The position numbers were made by a program, and so were the translations under genes. The notes below the pieces were generated by a model. The model was not told where the DNA came from. It did no database searches and was given only the letters and a program-made list of their open reading frames with translations. DNA of 64,000 bases from an uncultured Gemmatimonadaceae bacterium (GTDB taxonomy: Bacteria > Gemmatimonadota > Gemmatimonadetes > Gemmatimonadales > Gemmatimonadaceae), in contig CAWFQK010000004.1 of NCBI GenBank assembly GCA_963817955.1, forward strand, positions 960,001 to 1,024,000. The letters run 5' to 3'. This document shows positions 1-9,001 of this stretch, in pieces. The stretch's first letter is position 1, and each line of letters opens with the position of its first letter.

Positions 1-654
1 CGCGGCACGCGAGATCGCCGCCAGCGCATCGGGCTCGGCGGTGATCTGCTCCTCGCCCAACACATGCGTGAGCCGCGCACGGATCTCGGCCGGACCAATG
101 CGTTTGAAGTCGAAACGCTGCAAGCGGCTGAGTACCGGAGCGGCGGCTTGGGCGATCTTCTGCGGTTCGGTCGTCGCAAACACGAACACGACGCGTGGAG
201 GCGGCTCCTCGAGAATCTTCAGGAGCGCGTTCCACGCCTCACGCGTGAGCATATGCGCTTCATCGACGATGTAGACCTTGTATCGATCGTCACCCGACGG
301 GGCATACATCGCCCGCTCGCGCAGTTCGCGCGCGTCATCCACGCCGCGATTCGATGCCGCATCGATCTCGACGACGTCCAGACTGGCCGATCCGCTCCAG
401 ATGCGGGAGCATGAGGCGCACTCGCCGCACGGCTCGCCCTCGAGCGCCAGATCGCCGCGTCGCTCGCAGTTGAGCGCCATAGCCAGTACACGCGCCAGCG
501 TCGTCTTCCCCACGCCCCGCGGTCCGCAGAGCAGGTACCCATGCGCCAAGCGTCCGCGGGCGATCGCGCCCTGGAGCGTCGCCGACACGTGCGACTGCAC
601 GGCAACGTCGGCAAAGCGCTTGGGACGGTACTTACGCGCGAGGGCGAGGCTCAT
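1..654 (-). CDS. dnaX: DNA polymerase III subunit gamma/tau, 5' part (runs off the window start)
   Basis: Reverse complement from ATG at 654 reads MSLALARKYRPKRFADVAVQSHV..., the DnaX N-terminus, followed by a Walker A motif (GPRGVGKTT). Not in the ORF track because it is truncated. Lies next to the SRP RNA, as is common. Confidence 0.93.
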   Translation of the reverse strand, partial: MSLALARKYRPKRFADVAVQSHVSATLQGAIARGRLAHGYLLCGPRGVGKTTLARVLAMALNCERRGDLALEGEPCGECASCSRIWSGSASLDVVEIDAASNRGVDDARELRERAMYAPSGDDRYKVYIVDEAHMLTREAWNALLKILEEPPPRVVFVFATTEPQKIAQAAAPVLSRLQRFDFKRIGPAEIRARLTHVLGEEQITAEPDALAAISRAA

Positions 655-734
655 ACGAAAGGACCGGTGGAGGGAGATGGAATGTACCGCCCCTCGGAGA
701 CGGACACAAAGTTGCGCCGAACACCCAGAATACG

Positions 735-777
735 AAACGCGGGGACCCGTTCCGGGCTCGGAACGTTGTCTCCCGCG
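735..777 (-). terminator. Intrinsic terminator downstream of the SRP RNA
   Basis: Hairpin cgcgggagac..cgttccg-agcc-cggaacg..gtccccgcg followed by TTTCGTATT on the minus strand. Confidence 0.55.
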
Positions 778-778
778 T

Positions 779-882
779 AATACCCCAGGTCTGACGAAGC
801 GACATCAGACACCTCGTACCGCTGCTACCTTCGGGGTCCTGACGGAGTTGGAAGGCTGACGCCCTCCGGGACCTGGGGCACC
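779..882 (-). ncRNA. ffs: Small bacterial SRP RNA (4.5S)
   Basis: The minus strand contains the helix-8 motif gtcaggaccccgaaggtagcagc. The ends pair (ggtgccccaggtc / gacctggggtatt). Sits upstream of dnaX. Confidence 0.9.
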
Positions 883-886
883 GAAT

Positions 887-914
887 AATTTAACCGCTGG
901 CCTCTGCCGTTCAA
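887..914 (-). promoter_or_regulatory. Sigma70-type promoter for ffs
   Basis: TTGAAC-16 nt-TAAATT on the minus strand, ending 4 nt before the SRP RNA 5' end. Confidence 0.6.
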
Positions 915-976
915 GCGAGCCTAGCCGCCAACATCTGAATCTGGTCGTGGACGCGCACGCGCCTATCTTGGAAGAC

Positions 977-1501
977 ATGGCGACGAAACGCGCGGTGAAA
1001 TCCGGCCGAAAGGTGGCGGCAAGGAAAGCATCGGCGAAGAAGTTGGTCGCCAAAACCGCATCGGCGAAGAAGTCGGTCGCCAAAACCGCATCGGCGAAGA
1101 AGACACGCGCCAAGAAGCATCCCAAAAGGCAAAACACGGCGCCCGATGCGCTGACACGCCTACGCAAGATCTGTCTATCGCTGCCCGAGAGCGTCGAAGT
1201 CGAGGCCTGGGGCGAGCCGACGTTTCGCGTGCATGGAAAGATATTCGCGATGCACGCCTCGAGCGGCACCCATCACGACGCCGGTCGGCCCGCGGTGTGG
1301 ATCATGTCGGTGAACATCGAGCAGGATCTGGTACTGCGCGCGCGCCCTGATCGCTACTTCAAGCCACCGTATGTCGGCCCGGGCGGCTGGATTGGAGCCT
1401 GGCTCGACAGAAAGGCGCGCTGGGCGGAGATCGACGACCTCCTGCGCGACGCCTGGCGCAGGAGGGCTCCAAAGAAGCTGGCAGCGCAATTAGAAGACTA
1501 G
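977..1501 (+). CDS. MmcQ/YjbR-family protein with a Lys/Ala-rich histone-H1-like N-terminal tail
   Basis: C-terminal half (RKICLSLPE...AWGEPTFRVHGKIFA...YFKPPYVGPGGWIG...LLRDAWR) is YjbR-like. The N-terminus has ASAKKxVAKT repeats. Confidence 0.8.
   Translation: MATKRAVKSGRKVAARKASAKKLVAKTASAKKSVAKTASAKKTRAKKHPKRQNTAPDALTRLRKICLSLPESVEVEAWGEPTFRVHGKIFAMHASSGTHHDAGRPAVWIMSVNIEQDLVLRARPDRYFKPPYVGPGGWIGAWLDRKARWAEIDDLLRDAWRRRAPKKLAAQLED
1028..1102 (+). repeat. 30-bp tandem repeat (about 2.5 copies) within the CDS
   Basis: gcatcggcgaagaagt(t/c)ggtcgccaaaacc at 1028 and 1058, with a partial copy at 1088. Confidence 0.9.
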
Positions 1502-1506
1502 TACTG

Positions 1507-2466
1507 TCAGTTCCACCTCAACCCGCGCAGTTCGTCCAGATTCACGTTGCCTCCGGACAGCACGGCCACGACTTTCGACCCCGGTGGCAGCTTCACCAAG
1601 CCGTGCATGAGCGCCGCGACCGATGCCGCGGCCGCGCCCTCGACCACCAGCTTGCACCGCTCCATGATCCAGATGACCGCCTCGAAGATCTCGCGGTCGG
1701 GGAGCGCGACAATGTCATCGACGAACCGCTGCACGACAGAGAAGTTGATCTCGCCGCAGCGACGGACGCGGAGCCCGTCGATGGTCGTGCGACAATCGAT
1801 CGTCTCGAGCTTCCCCGACTCGATACTCGTCTTCATCGCCGGCCCGTCGGACGACTCGACTCCTATGACCTTGATCTTTGGGTTGTGACTCTTGACGGCC
1901 ATGGAGACACCGGAGATCAGACCGCCGCCGCCAATTGGCACCACGACCGCATCGACGTCGGCCCAATCTTGCACGATCTCCAATCCGAGCGTTCCCTGCC
2001 CGGCGATGAGCTCCGCGTCGTCGAAGGGATGCACGTACGTCAGCCCCTCGTCGCGCACCAGCTCCTTCGCCTTTTCGTTGGCTTCGTCCCAGATGGTGCC
2101 GTGCAACACCACTTCGGCGCCGTACCCCTTGGTGGCCGCGATCTTGGCCGGCGTCGCGTTCGCCGCCATGCACACCACGGCGCGAATGCCATAGATCTTC
2201 GCCGCTAACGCAACGCCCTGCGCGTGATTTCCGGCCGACGAACACACGACGCCGCGCCGTTTCTGCTCTTCCGGCATCAACGCGAACTTGTTGAGCGGCC
2301 CACGAATCTTGTACGAGCCGACACGTTGGAACTGTTCGGCCTTCAGGCGGACCTCGTGGCCGGTCAGTTCACTCAGCTGCCGCGTCGTGAGGAGCGGTGT
2401 GTGCTTGATGTGCGTCGCGATGCGCGCGCGGGCCTCTTCGAAATCGCGAAGCGTGAGCGTCAACAT
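1507..2466 (-). CDS. Threonine/serine dehydratase (PLP-dependent, no regulatory domain)
   Basis: Motifs LKAEQFQRVGSYKIRG, SAGNHAQG, PIGGGGL and SGGN. Confidence 0.9.
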   Translation of the reverse strand: MLTLTLRDFEEARARIATHIKHTPLLTTRQLSELTGHEVRLKAEQFQRVGSYKIRGPLNKFALMPEEQKRRGVVCSSAGNHAQGVALAAKIYGIRAVVCMAANATPAKIAATKGYGAEVVLHGTIWDEANEKAKELVRDEGLTYVHPFDDAELIAGQGTLGLEIVQDWADVDAVVVPIGGGGLISGVSMAVKSHNPKIKVIGVESSDGPAMKTSIESGKLETIDCRTTIDGLRVRRCGEINFSVVQRFVDDIVALPDREIFEAVIWIMERCKLVVEGAAAASVAALMHGLVKLPPGSKVVAVLSGGNVNLDELRGLRWN

Positions 2467-3494
2467 GTTTCCGTGTGTTCGAGAATGCCGCGGATGACGT
2501 CAGCGGCTCGTCGCGCCCCTGCCGCATCGACGTCGAGGTGAGTCACCATCCGGATTCGCGTCGGGCTCCATTCCGCGACGAGCACGCCTTCCTGTTCCGC
2601 CGCGGCGACCACGGCCGCGGCGCGTCTGCCCGGTGGCATGTCCACCATGACGATGTTCGTGTCTGGGGACACCACGGTCGCACCGCCGGCTCCGTCGATG
2701 GTGCACGCGAGTAGCCGCGCATGGGCGTGATCCTCTTCCAGACGATCGATGTGGTGATCCAGCGCGTACAACACGGCGGCGGCGAGCATGCCGGTCTGCC
2801 GCATGGCCCCGCCGAAGAGCTTACGCGCCGTCCAGGCCCGATCAATCATCTGGTGCGTGCCGGCGAGCGCCGCGCCAATCGGCGCGCCAAGTCCCTTCGA
2901 GAAGGCCACCATCACGGTGTCTGCGCATTCGGCGATCTCCGACAGAGCAATGCCGGTGGCGATGCTCGCGTTCCACAAACGTGCGCCATCCATGTGCACC
3001 GGGAGTCCGCGATCGGCGGCGACAGCGCGAATGTCGCGCAGCTCAGGCACCGGCGTCACGACGCCGCCCGCTCCATTGTGCGTATTCTCGACGCACACGA
3101 GACTCGGCAACGGGTTATAGCGTGAATCGGGGCGCAGCGCGCGCCGGAGATCGTCGGCGCTCATCACCAACCCGGTCGGCATCACGGGCTGCACTTGAGC
3201 GCCACTCAGCGCCGCGACACCGGCAATCTCACTATGCACGATGTGCGCGTCGGCATCCAGCACCACTTCCGTTCCACGGCGCGCCTGGAGCCACACCGCC
3301 GCCTGGTTTGCCATCACGCCGCTGGGGAAGAACAGCGCAGCCTCCTTACCGAGCAACGCGGCGACCCGCTTCTGGAGTCGCTGCATCGTGGGATCACCGT
3401 CCCGCTCATCGTCGCCCACCTCGGCCACCGCCATTGCCGCGCGCATTGCGGGCGTGGGCTTGGTGACGGTGTCACTTCGCAAGTCGATCGTCAT
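2460..3494 (-). CDS. ltaE: Low-specificity L-threonine aldolase
   Basis: Motifs IDLRSDTVTKPT, VENTHN, HMDGARL and FSKGLGAPIG. Confidence 0.9.
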   Translation of the reverse strand: MTIDLRSDTVTKPTPAMRAAMAVAEVGDDERDGDPTMQRLQKRVAALLGKEAALFFPSGVMANQAAVWLQARRGTEVVLDADAHIVHSEIAGVAALSGAQVQPVMPTGLVMSADDLRRALRPDSRYNPLPSLVCVENTHNGAGGVVTPVPELRDIRAVAADRGLPVHMDGARLWNASIATGIALSEIAECADTVMVAFSKGLGAPIGAALAGTHQMIDRAWTARKLFGGAMRQTGMLAAAVLYALDHHIDRLEEDHAHARLLACTIDGAGGATVVSPDTNIVMVDMPPGRRAAAVVAAAEQEGVLVAEWSPTRIRMVTHLDVDAAGARRAADVIRGILEHTETC

Positions 3495-3620
3495 GGGCGA
3501 AATATGGCGACGGCCACATTCCGCGCGCCATCACGGCGTCTGCGTGAGCGGATGTGCGGCCGGCATGCGCGTACAGCTGCCGGCCTTGGAAATGATTTCT
3601 GCAGTTATCGAAACCCCCGG

Positions 3621-3786
3621 TGTCAGGATAGTTGTCGTACGACCGCAGTAGCTTAAGCGGTCAAACGTAGACCATCCTCGGGGGTCAAAGGTGGGTAGTG
3701 TCATGCCGCAATACAGTCCGGCGTTCAAGGACCGAGTGCTCCGGCGTGTAACCGGGTATCTGGCTCGCGGGGGCGGATAGACGGTG
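3621..3786 (+). pseudogene. Remnant of an IS3-type element (left end plus the first codons of orfA)
   Basis: A TG-starting end-like sequence TGTCAGGATAGTTG at 3621. ATG at 3703 gives MPQYSPAFKDRVLRR, resembling an IS3 orfA HTH start (YSxxFK), and stops after 27 codons. Confidence 0.45.
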
Positions 3787-3883
3787 ACGGCTGCTTTGGC
3801 AGAAGGTGAGCGTTGCCGGCGCGGACGGCGCGAGGGATTGCGAACGGGTCCGCGGTGAGGCGTGGATTGGGCTCCGGGTGTTG

Positions 3884-4017
3884 ACCGGCTGGATGTCGCT
3901 GGCGGCTCCGTAGCGGTCGGGCCACCGGTCGGCGAGGTTCGAGTGTCCAGTTGTGAGTTGTGCGTTGTGAGTGTCTCGGGTCTCGGGTCTCGTGTCTGGT
4001 GTCCCGTGTCCCGTGTC
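3884..4017 (-). repeat. Dispersed repeat, copy A (GGGACAC/ACAACTC heptamers plus a unique tail)
   Basis: The reverse complement of 3884-3978 matches 53337-53432 with about 6 differences (hand alignment). Confidence 0.9.
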
Positions 4018-4104
4018 TATACGCGCGTAGAAGTCTTGGCCACGTGATGTGACAAGTCCTGGCCAGTTGTATTCGGAAAGTTTTGGCCATCGTGACAGAG
4101 ACCT

Positions 4105-4264
4105 CACGCGAGCGATCGCCCCTTCTACGCGAAAAACTGCCCCCCCTGGTTTTCGCGCCGCGCTCATATTCCGGGCGAACACGGTGCGATCCCACACCGC
4201 GCCCATCCAACGCGGCGCCCAGCCGAGAATCACCCGTCAACCAACACGTCGTGAGAAATGCACG
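4105..4264 (+). mobile_element. Orphan end of a related IS1380-family element, inverted relative to 4299-4458
   Basis: 160-nt imperfect inverted copy of 4299-4458, ending in the IR-like sequence GTGAGAAATGCACG. Confidence 0.8.
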
Positions 4265-4298
4265 CTGAACACTCTCCCTATGGCGTGCCCCTTGCTAG

Positions 4299-6042
4299 CC
4301 TGAATTTCTCACGACGTGTTGGTTGACGGGTGATTTTCGGCTGGGCGCCGCGTTGGCTGGGCGCGGTGCGGGATGCGCGCCGTGTTCGCGTGGAATATGA
4401 GCGCGGCGCGAACTCCAGGGGGTCAGTTTTTCGCGTAGACGGGGCGATCGCTCGCGTGCGCGGCGCTCCGGGCGACGACGAGTGTCCCCCGCGGCGGTGT
4501 GCGACGGGAGGGATCCGGCGAGGGCGGTGAGGCGCCTATGCGTTAGCGGCGCATCGGCAGCGCGACCAGGGTGGCATGTACACGCGCAAAGAGCGCCGCG
4601 TGCGGGCACCCCGTGGCCAGCGCGAGCCAGACGTTGCGCACCGTCACCCGCAGGCGCGCCCCGATCTTCAAAAGCGTGAGCCGAATCGTCTGGCACTGCG
4701 CCCGCGCGAGATCGGTGCCGACGAGGCCGAGCCGCCGGAGCGCGTGCAGTAAGACGTACGCGAGCGACGAGTAATAGAGCCGGAGCTGGTTCGCCCGCAT
4801 CGTGGCCGCACTCGTGCGATCGGCGAAGAGCATGAGCTGCTGCTCCTTGATCCGGTTCTCCATCTCGCCGCGCGCGCAGTAGAGCTCCTCGTAGAGCGCC
4901 TGGGCGTCGAGCGCCGCGATCGGGAGCGAGGTCACGACGAAGCGCGGGTTCGCTTTACCCTCGCCACTGGCGCCTGCCGTGGGCAGATACTCCGCCTTGG
5001 CCACCACCCGCCGCACGCGGCTCCAGGTGTCGAGGGTCTCGTAGGTCAGTTCCGCGAAGCACCGCGCCGGCGTGCCGGTGGCGACGCTCTCGGTCTCGAC
5101 CGCGCGCAGCTCGTCGGCGATCCGCGCCGTGAGGCGCGTGTTCTTCGCCAGCCCCAGCACGTAGTCCACTGCCTGCTGCTCGCACCACGCCATGATCGTC
5201 TCGCGGCAGAAGCCACTGTCGGCCCGCACCGTGATCCGCACGTCCGGCCACACCTCCCGGACCTGGGCGACGATCCGCGTGAGTTCGTCCACACTCCCCG
5301 CACTCGCGTCGATGCTGGCCGACCGCAAGCGCGCGCACAGCAGATGCTCGCCAGCGAAGATGTAGAGCGGCAGGTAGCAGTAGTGGCCGTAATAGCCGTG
5401 AAAGAAACGTCCCTCCTGCTCGCCGTGCACCGGATCGTCCGTGGCGTCGAGATCGAGCACGATCGCCTCGGGCGGCGTGGCGTGGGCCTCGAGGAACAGC
5501 GTGACCAGGTGCCGGTCGATCGCCGCATGATCCACGGTGATCTTCTTGTAGCGTTCCTGTCCGCCCACCGTGGCCGCGCTCAGTTCGAGGCGGTTGAGCG
5601 TGCTCTTCCCCGCCAGCGGCGCGGTGAGATCGTCAGCCTCCGCGAGCACGGCCAGGAGCGGATCGCGCCGTAACGCGTCGTGGTCGTTCAGATCCTCGTA
5701 GCCGAGCGCGAGCCCATACACCCGCTGCCGCACGAGCGCCACCACCGAGTGCGTCACGCGCGCCGGATCGCGGTGGTCGGTGAAGCAGTCCGCGAAACGT
5801 CCAAGGATCCCCGTTGCCCGATCCACCTCGCGCAGGAGCACCGCCCCCCCATCGGAGGTCAGCGCACCGCCGTCAAACCGGGCACGTACCGCCCGCCCGC
5901 CGACCGCTTGAAATTGCAGGGTGTCCGCCGTACACTCTGTCTGCATAAACGGCTGCCTCGCAGTGGATGTTAAGGTCTTCTAGATAAAGCCCTTATACCA
6001 CCGCAGGCAGCCGTTTAGCAATAGCGATGTGAGAAATTCGGG
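4299..6042 (-). mobile_element. Complete IS1380-family insertion sequence
   Basis: Terminal IRs CCTGAATTTCTCAC and GTGAGAAATTCGGG. CTAG direct repeat on both sides (4295-4298 and 6043-6046). Confidence 0.92.
4543..5946 (-). CDS. IS1380-family transposase
   Basis: Motifs FDGGALTSDGG, GYEDLNDHD, LDLDATDDPVHGEQE, RADSGF and YCARGEMENRIKE. Confidence 0.95.
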   Translation of the reverse strand: MQTECTADTLQFQAVGGRAVRARFDGGALTSDGGAVLLREVDRATGILGRFADCFTDHRDPARVTHSVVALVRQRVYGLALGYEDLNDHDALRRDPLLAVLAEADDLTAPLAGKSTLNRLELSAATVGGQERYKKITVDHAAIDRHLVTLFLEAHATPPEAIVLDLDATDDPVHGEQEGRFFHGYYGHYCYLPLYIFAGEHLLCARLRSASIDASAGSVDELTRIVAQVREVWPDVRITVRADSGFCRETIMAWCEQQAVDYVLGLAKNTRLTARIADELRAVETESVATGTPARCFAELTYETLDTWSRVRRVVAKAEYLPTAGASGEGKANPRFVVTSLPIAALDAQALYEELYCARGEMENRIKEQQLMLFADRTSAATMRANQLRLYYSSLAYVLLHALRRLGLVGTDLARAQCQTIRLTLLKIGARLRVTVRNVWLALATGCPHAALFARVHATLVALPMRR

Positions 6043-6149
6043 CTAGCCACTGGCCTCGGCAATCACTCCGGCTTCCCGCCAAGGTGGCTGCGAAAGTTGG
6101 CGTTCACATGCTCGCAGGCGCGCTTCATTCACGTCCCCCTCTACACTGC

Positions 6150-7313
6150 ATGAAACTCGCCGATTATATCGCCACCCACAAAAACGCCATCCTGGCAGAA
6201 TGGACCGACTTTGCCAAGACGCTCGGACCGCTATCATCGGAGGACAATATCGCTGTGTTGGAGGACCATGCGGTAGGTATGCTCGATGCCATCGTAGCCG
6301 ATCTCCGGACATCAGAGAGCGAGCGCCAGCGCGAGGAGAAGGGGAAGGGGCAGGCTCCCAAGATCGGGGGCGGGGCAAAGACGGCGGCCGAGGTGCACGG
6401 CTCTGGCCGAGCCAAGTCCGGCTTTAGCATTGTGGAAATGATCTCGGAGTACCGTGCTCTGCGGGCGAGCGTCATCCGGCTGTGGATGAAAGAAACCGGC
6501 ATCTTCACGTCCCAGGACAGCGAGGACCGCAGGCGCTTCAACGAGGCCATCGACCAGGCGTTATCCGAGGCCACTCAGCAGTACACCCAGGATATGGACC
6601 GGGCGATGGACATGTTCGTAGCCATCCTGGGCCACGACCTCCGTGTCCCGCTGGACGCCAGCCTCATGGCCTCGCAGTTCCTGCTCGACAAACAGATACA
6701 CGAAGAGCCCGTGCTATCGATGCTGAACGTGATCGCGCGAAGCAACAAACGAATGGCACAGATGGTCTCCGATCTCCTCGACTTCACCCGCGGACTCACT
6801 GCCGACGGCATCCCGATCACTCCTGGCGACATGGACATAGGCCTCGTGGCGAGAGACGCGGTCGATGAATTGGCGGTGGCGGAGCCCGACAGAGTCTTCC
6901 GCTGTATCACGGCCGGCGATCTTCGAGGGTCGTGGGATGCGGCGCGTCTTGGCCAAATGCTCAGCAATTTGCTCGGCAACGCCGTGCAGCACGGCGAGCC
7001 CAAGTCGCCGATCAGCTTGACGGTAGACGGCAAGGGGGCAGACGTGGTTCTTCGAGTCCACGGCGAGGGCGCGCCCATCCCGGAGGACGAGCTACCGCTG
7101 CTGTTCAGTCCCTTCAAGCGCCTCCAGGAAGGGCGGAGCGAAGCAGGCGGTGGTGGCCATCTAGGGCTCGGGCTCTTCATCGCCGAGCGCATCACGCACG
7201 CCCACGGCGGCACCATCGAGGTGCGCTCGACTGAGAAGGAGGGGACGACTTTCACGGTGCGGCTACCGCGGGTAGCCGAGGCGCTCCCCGCTGCAATCGC
7301 GAAGAGAGACTGA
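6150..7313 (+). CDS. Cytoplasmic sensor histidine kinase (RsbRD_N-like N-terminus, HisKA, HATPase_c)
   Basis: H-box ILGHDLRVPL, N-box NLLGNAVQHG, G2 box GLGLFI. No transmembrane segment. Confidence 0.9.
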   Translation: MKLADYIATHKNAILAEWTDFAKTLGPLSSEDNIAVLEDHAVGMLDAIVADLRTSESERQREEKGKGQAPKIGGGAKTAAEVHGSGRAKSGFSIVEMISEYRALRASVIRLWMKETGIFTSQDSEDRRRFNEAIDQALSEATQQYTQDMDRAMDMFVAILGHDLRVPLDASLMASQFLLDKQIHEEPVLSMLNVIARSNKRMAQMVSDLLDFTRGLTADGIPITPGDMDIGLVARDAVDELAVAEPDRVFRCITAGDLRGSWDAARLGQMLSNLLGNAVQHGEPKSPISLTVDGKGADVVLRVHGEGAPIPEDELPLLFSPFKRLQEGRSEAGGGGHLGLGLFIAERITHAHGGTIEVRSTEKEGTTFTVRLPRVAEALPAAIAKRD

Positions 7314-7537
7314 CCGTCGTCGGAATGTGGTTCAACTGACGAGTCGCAGAAGGAGCCACGGATAAGGCCTCGGTGTGGCTGGTCACGCTAGTAAGAGCCC
7401 AAGCAGTTTCGGTTTGTGCGTGCCACCAGGCGACCGCTACGACCTACCGCGGGACGAGACCGGAGTGTGGCCACATTTCCAAACGCGGCGGCCAAGACTT
7501 ACCGCATGAGCGTGGCCAAGACTTCCACACGCGGACA

Positions 7538-7568
7538 CCTGTCCCGTGTCCCGTGTCCCGTGTCCCGC
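7538..7568 (-). repeat. (CCGTGTC)n heptamer array immediately after the YihY stop codon
   Basis: cctgtc ccgtgtc ccgtgtc ccgtgtc ccgc; continues the array at 3998-4017. Confidence 0.85.
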
Positions 7569-7572
7569 AAGG

Positions 7573-8568
7573 CTAGTCGGTGAACGTCTCCCGCTGACGG
7601 CGGCGCATCCGACGCAGCTCGTACACCTGCCCCACCTCGCCACCGAGGATGAAGATCAACGCGGCGTAGTACGTCCACACGACGGTGACGACGATCGCCG
7701 TCAATGCGCCAGTGTACAGCGACGCGGGGTTGAACGCGCCGGTGTAGTAGGAGAACACAGTGCGCGCCGCTTCGAACGCGACGCTCGTGAATCCGGCAGC
7801 GACCCAGGCCGTCGCTGTCCGCACGCGGCGGACCGGTAGGTACTTGTAGAGGGCGAAGAACATGAGCGCGATGAACGCGAACGCGAGCGCGCGTCCGATC
7901 CAATACTCCACGCCGCCCATCACATCCTTGCGCAATCCAAGCATGACGAGCGCGCTCGTGCCCTTCCGCGTCGCGAGCATGATGTACGTGCTCACGGTGA
8001 CGCTCGCCACGAACAGCAGGGTGGACACAATGGTGATCTTCACATCGAAGATCTTGCCTGCAATGATCCCACGCTCGCTCTCGATATCGAACACACTGGC
8101 CAGCACGGTGCGCAGAGACCCGAACAGCCGGGTGGAGAACCACACGAAGCCAATGGCGCTGTAAATCGTGAACGAGCCGCGACGGTGCAACAGATCGGCG
8201 ATCAGCGAGTGGTACGGCGACGTGCTGTCCTCGGAGTGCGCCGGCAGCATGCGATCGAGAAAATCGCCCACCGTCTGCGTCGAGTTCACCGCGCCACTGT
8301 AGACCATCGGCAGCAGATAAGTCAGCCCGTTCACCAGCAGCAGGATGAACGGCAGCGCCGCCAGGATCAGGTTGAACGCGATTCCGCCGGCCAGGAACAG
8401 CACATTGTCTTCGCCGCTGTTGTCCCACACGCGCACCGCGTAATCGCGTAGGGTCCATCCAAGGCTGACCAGGAATGGACGCTTCGCCGTGCGGGAGGGG
8501 GGCGTGCCGGTACCGATCGACGCCTCAGCTCTCGTCGAGATCGTCTGCAACCGTGGTGGTGCGGGCAT
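7573..8568 (-). CDS. YihY/virulence factor BrkB family membrane protein
   Basis: LAGGIAFNLILAALPF, several TM helices, YKYLP, YTGALTAIV...WTYY...ILGGEV. Start codon uncertain. Confidence 0.88.
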   Translation of the reverse strand: MPAPPRLQTISTRAEASIGTGTPPSRTAKRPFLVSLGWTLRDYAVRVWDNSGEDNVLFLAGGIAFNLILAALPFILLLVNGLTYLLPMVYSGAVNSTQTVGDFLDRMLPAHSEDSTSPYHSLIADLLHRRGSFTIYSAIGFVWFSTRLFGSLRTVLASVFDIESERGIIAGKIFDVKITIVSTLLFVASVTVSTYIMLATRKGTSALVMLGLRKDVMGGVEYWIGRALAFAFIALMFFALYKYLPVRRVRTATAWVAAGFTSVAFEAARTVFSYYTGAFNPASLYTGALTAIVVTVVWTYYAALIFILGGEVGQVYELRRMRRRQRETFTD

Positions 8569-8986
8569 CGCGCGCCCCTGCGGCACCCGTTTCGTAACCA
8601 GCCTTCGTTTCGGCAATGCGTTGCTCCAGTTCCTCGCGCGCTTCGTGCGCCGCCACCCGTCCCGCCTCCATCGCGCGATGCACCTGTCGCTTCTTCAGGT
8701 CGACGGCCAGACGGGCGGAATCAATCTGCTCTTCTACACGCCGCCGCGCGTCCTGATAGGTGTCGAGAACCGTATCGGTCGCGCCAGTCACCACGTGTTC
8801 GGCGGTACGGCGCACGTTCATGGCGCGACGCCTGATGTCGCGCCGCGTCGCCGCGCCCGAGCGCGGCGCGAGGAGCAGCGCGGCACCGGCGCCGAGGGCA
8901 AGGCCAAGGAGGAATGGCGTGATCCCGGCGGATGGCCGCTCGATCACGACATAGGGTTCGTCTTCGTCGAATTTGTACCGCGACAT
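8525..8986 (-). CDS. YtxH-domain protein
   Basis: FLLGLALGAGAALLLAPRSGAATRRDI motif followed by a coiled coil. Confidence 0.85.
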   Translation of the reverse strand: MSRYKFDEDEPYVVIERPSAGITPFLLGLALGAGAALLLAPRSGAATRRDIRRRAMNVRRTAEHVVTGATDTVLDTYQDARRRVEEQIDSARLAVDLKKRQVHRAMEAGRVAAHEAREELEQRIAETKAGYETGAAGARDARTTTVADDLDES

Positions 8987-9001
8987 GCTCCGCTCCTGTC
9001 G

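Larger units (their letters stand above)
4018..7537. mobile_element. Non-autonomous transposon-like element with TGT...ACA-type ends and subterminal repeats; cargo is a histidine kinase and a nested IS1380
   Basis: Left end TATACGCGCGTAGAAGTCTTGGCCACG versus reverse complement of the right end TGTCCGCGTGTGGAAGTCTTGGCCACG. About three AAGTYYTGGCC-like repeats at each end. Flanks are CGTGTC (4012-4017) and CCTGTC (7538-7543). Confidence 0.7.

Noticed and set aside
41..859. Plus-strand ORFs 41-274, 64-414 and 278-859
   Set aside because: Antisense shadows of dnaX and the SRP RNA.
3640..3700. Hairpins (GACCGC..GCGGTC; ACC.TCC..GG..GGT) as a possible riboswitch
   Set aside because: No recognisable aptamer consensus, and the context fits an IS left end better.
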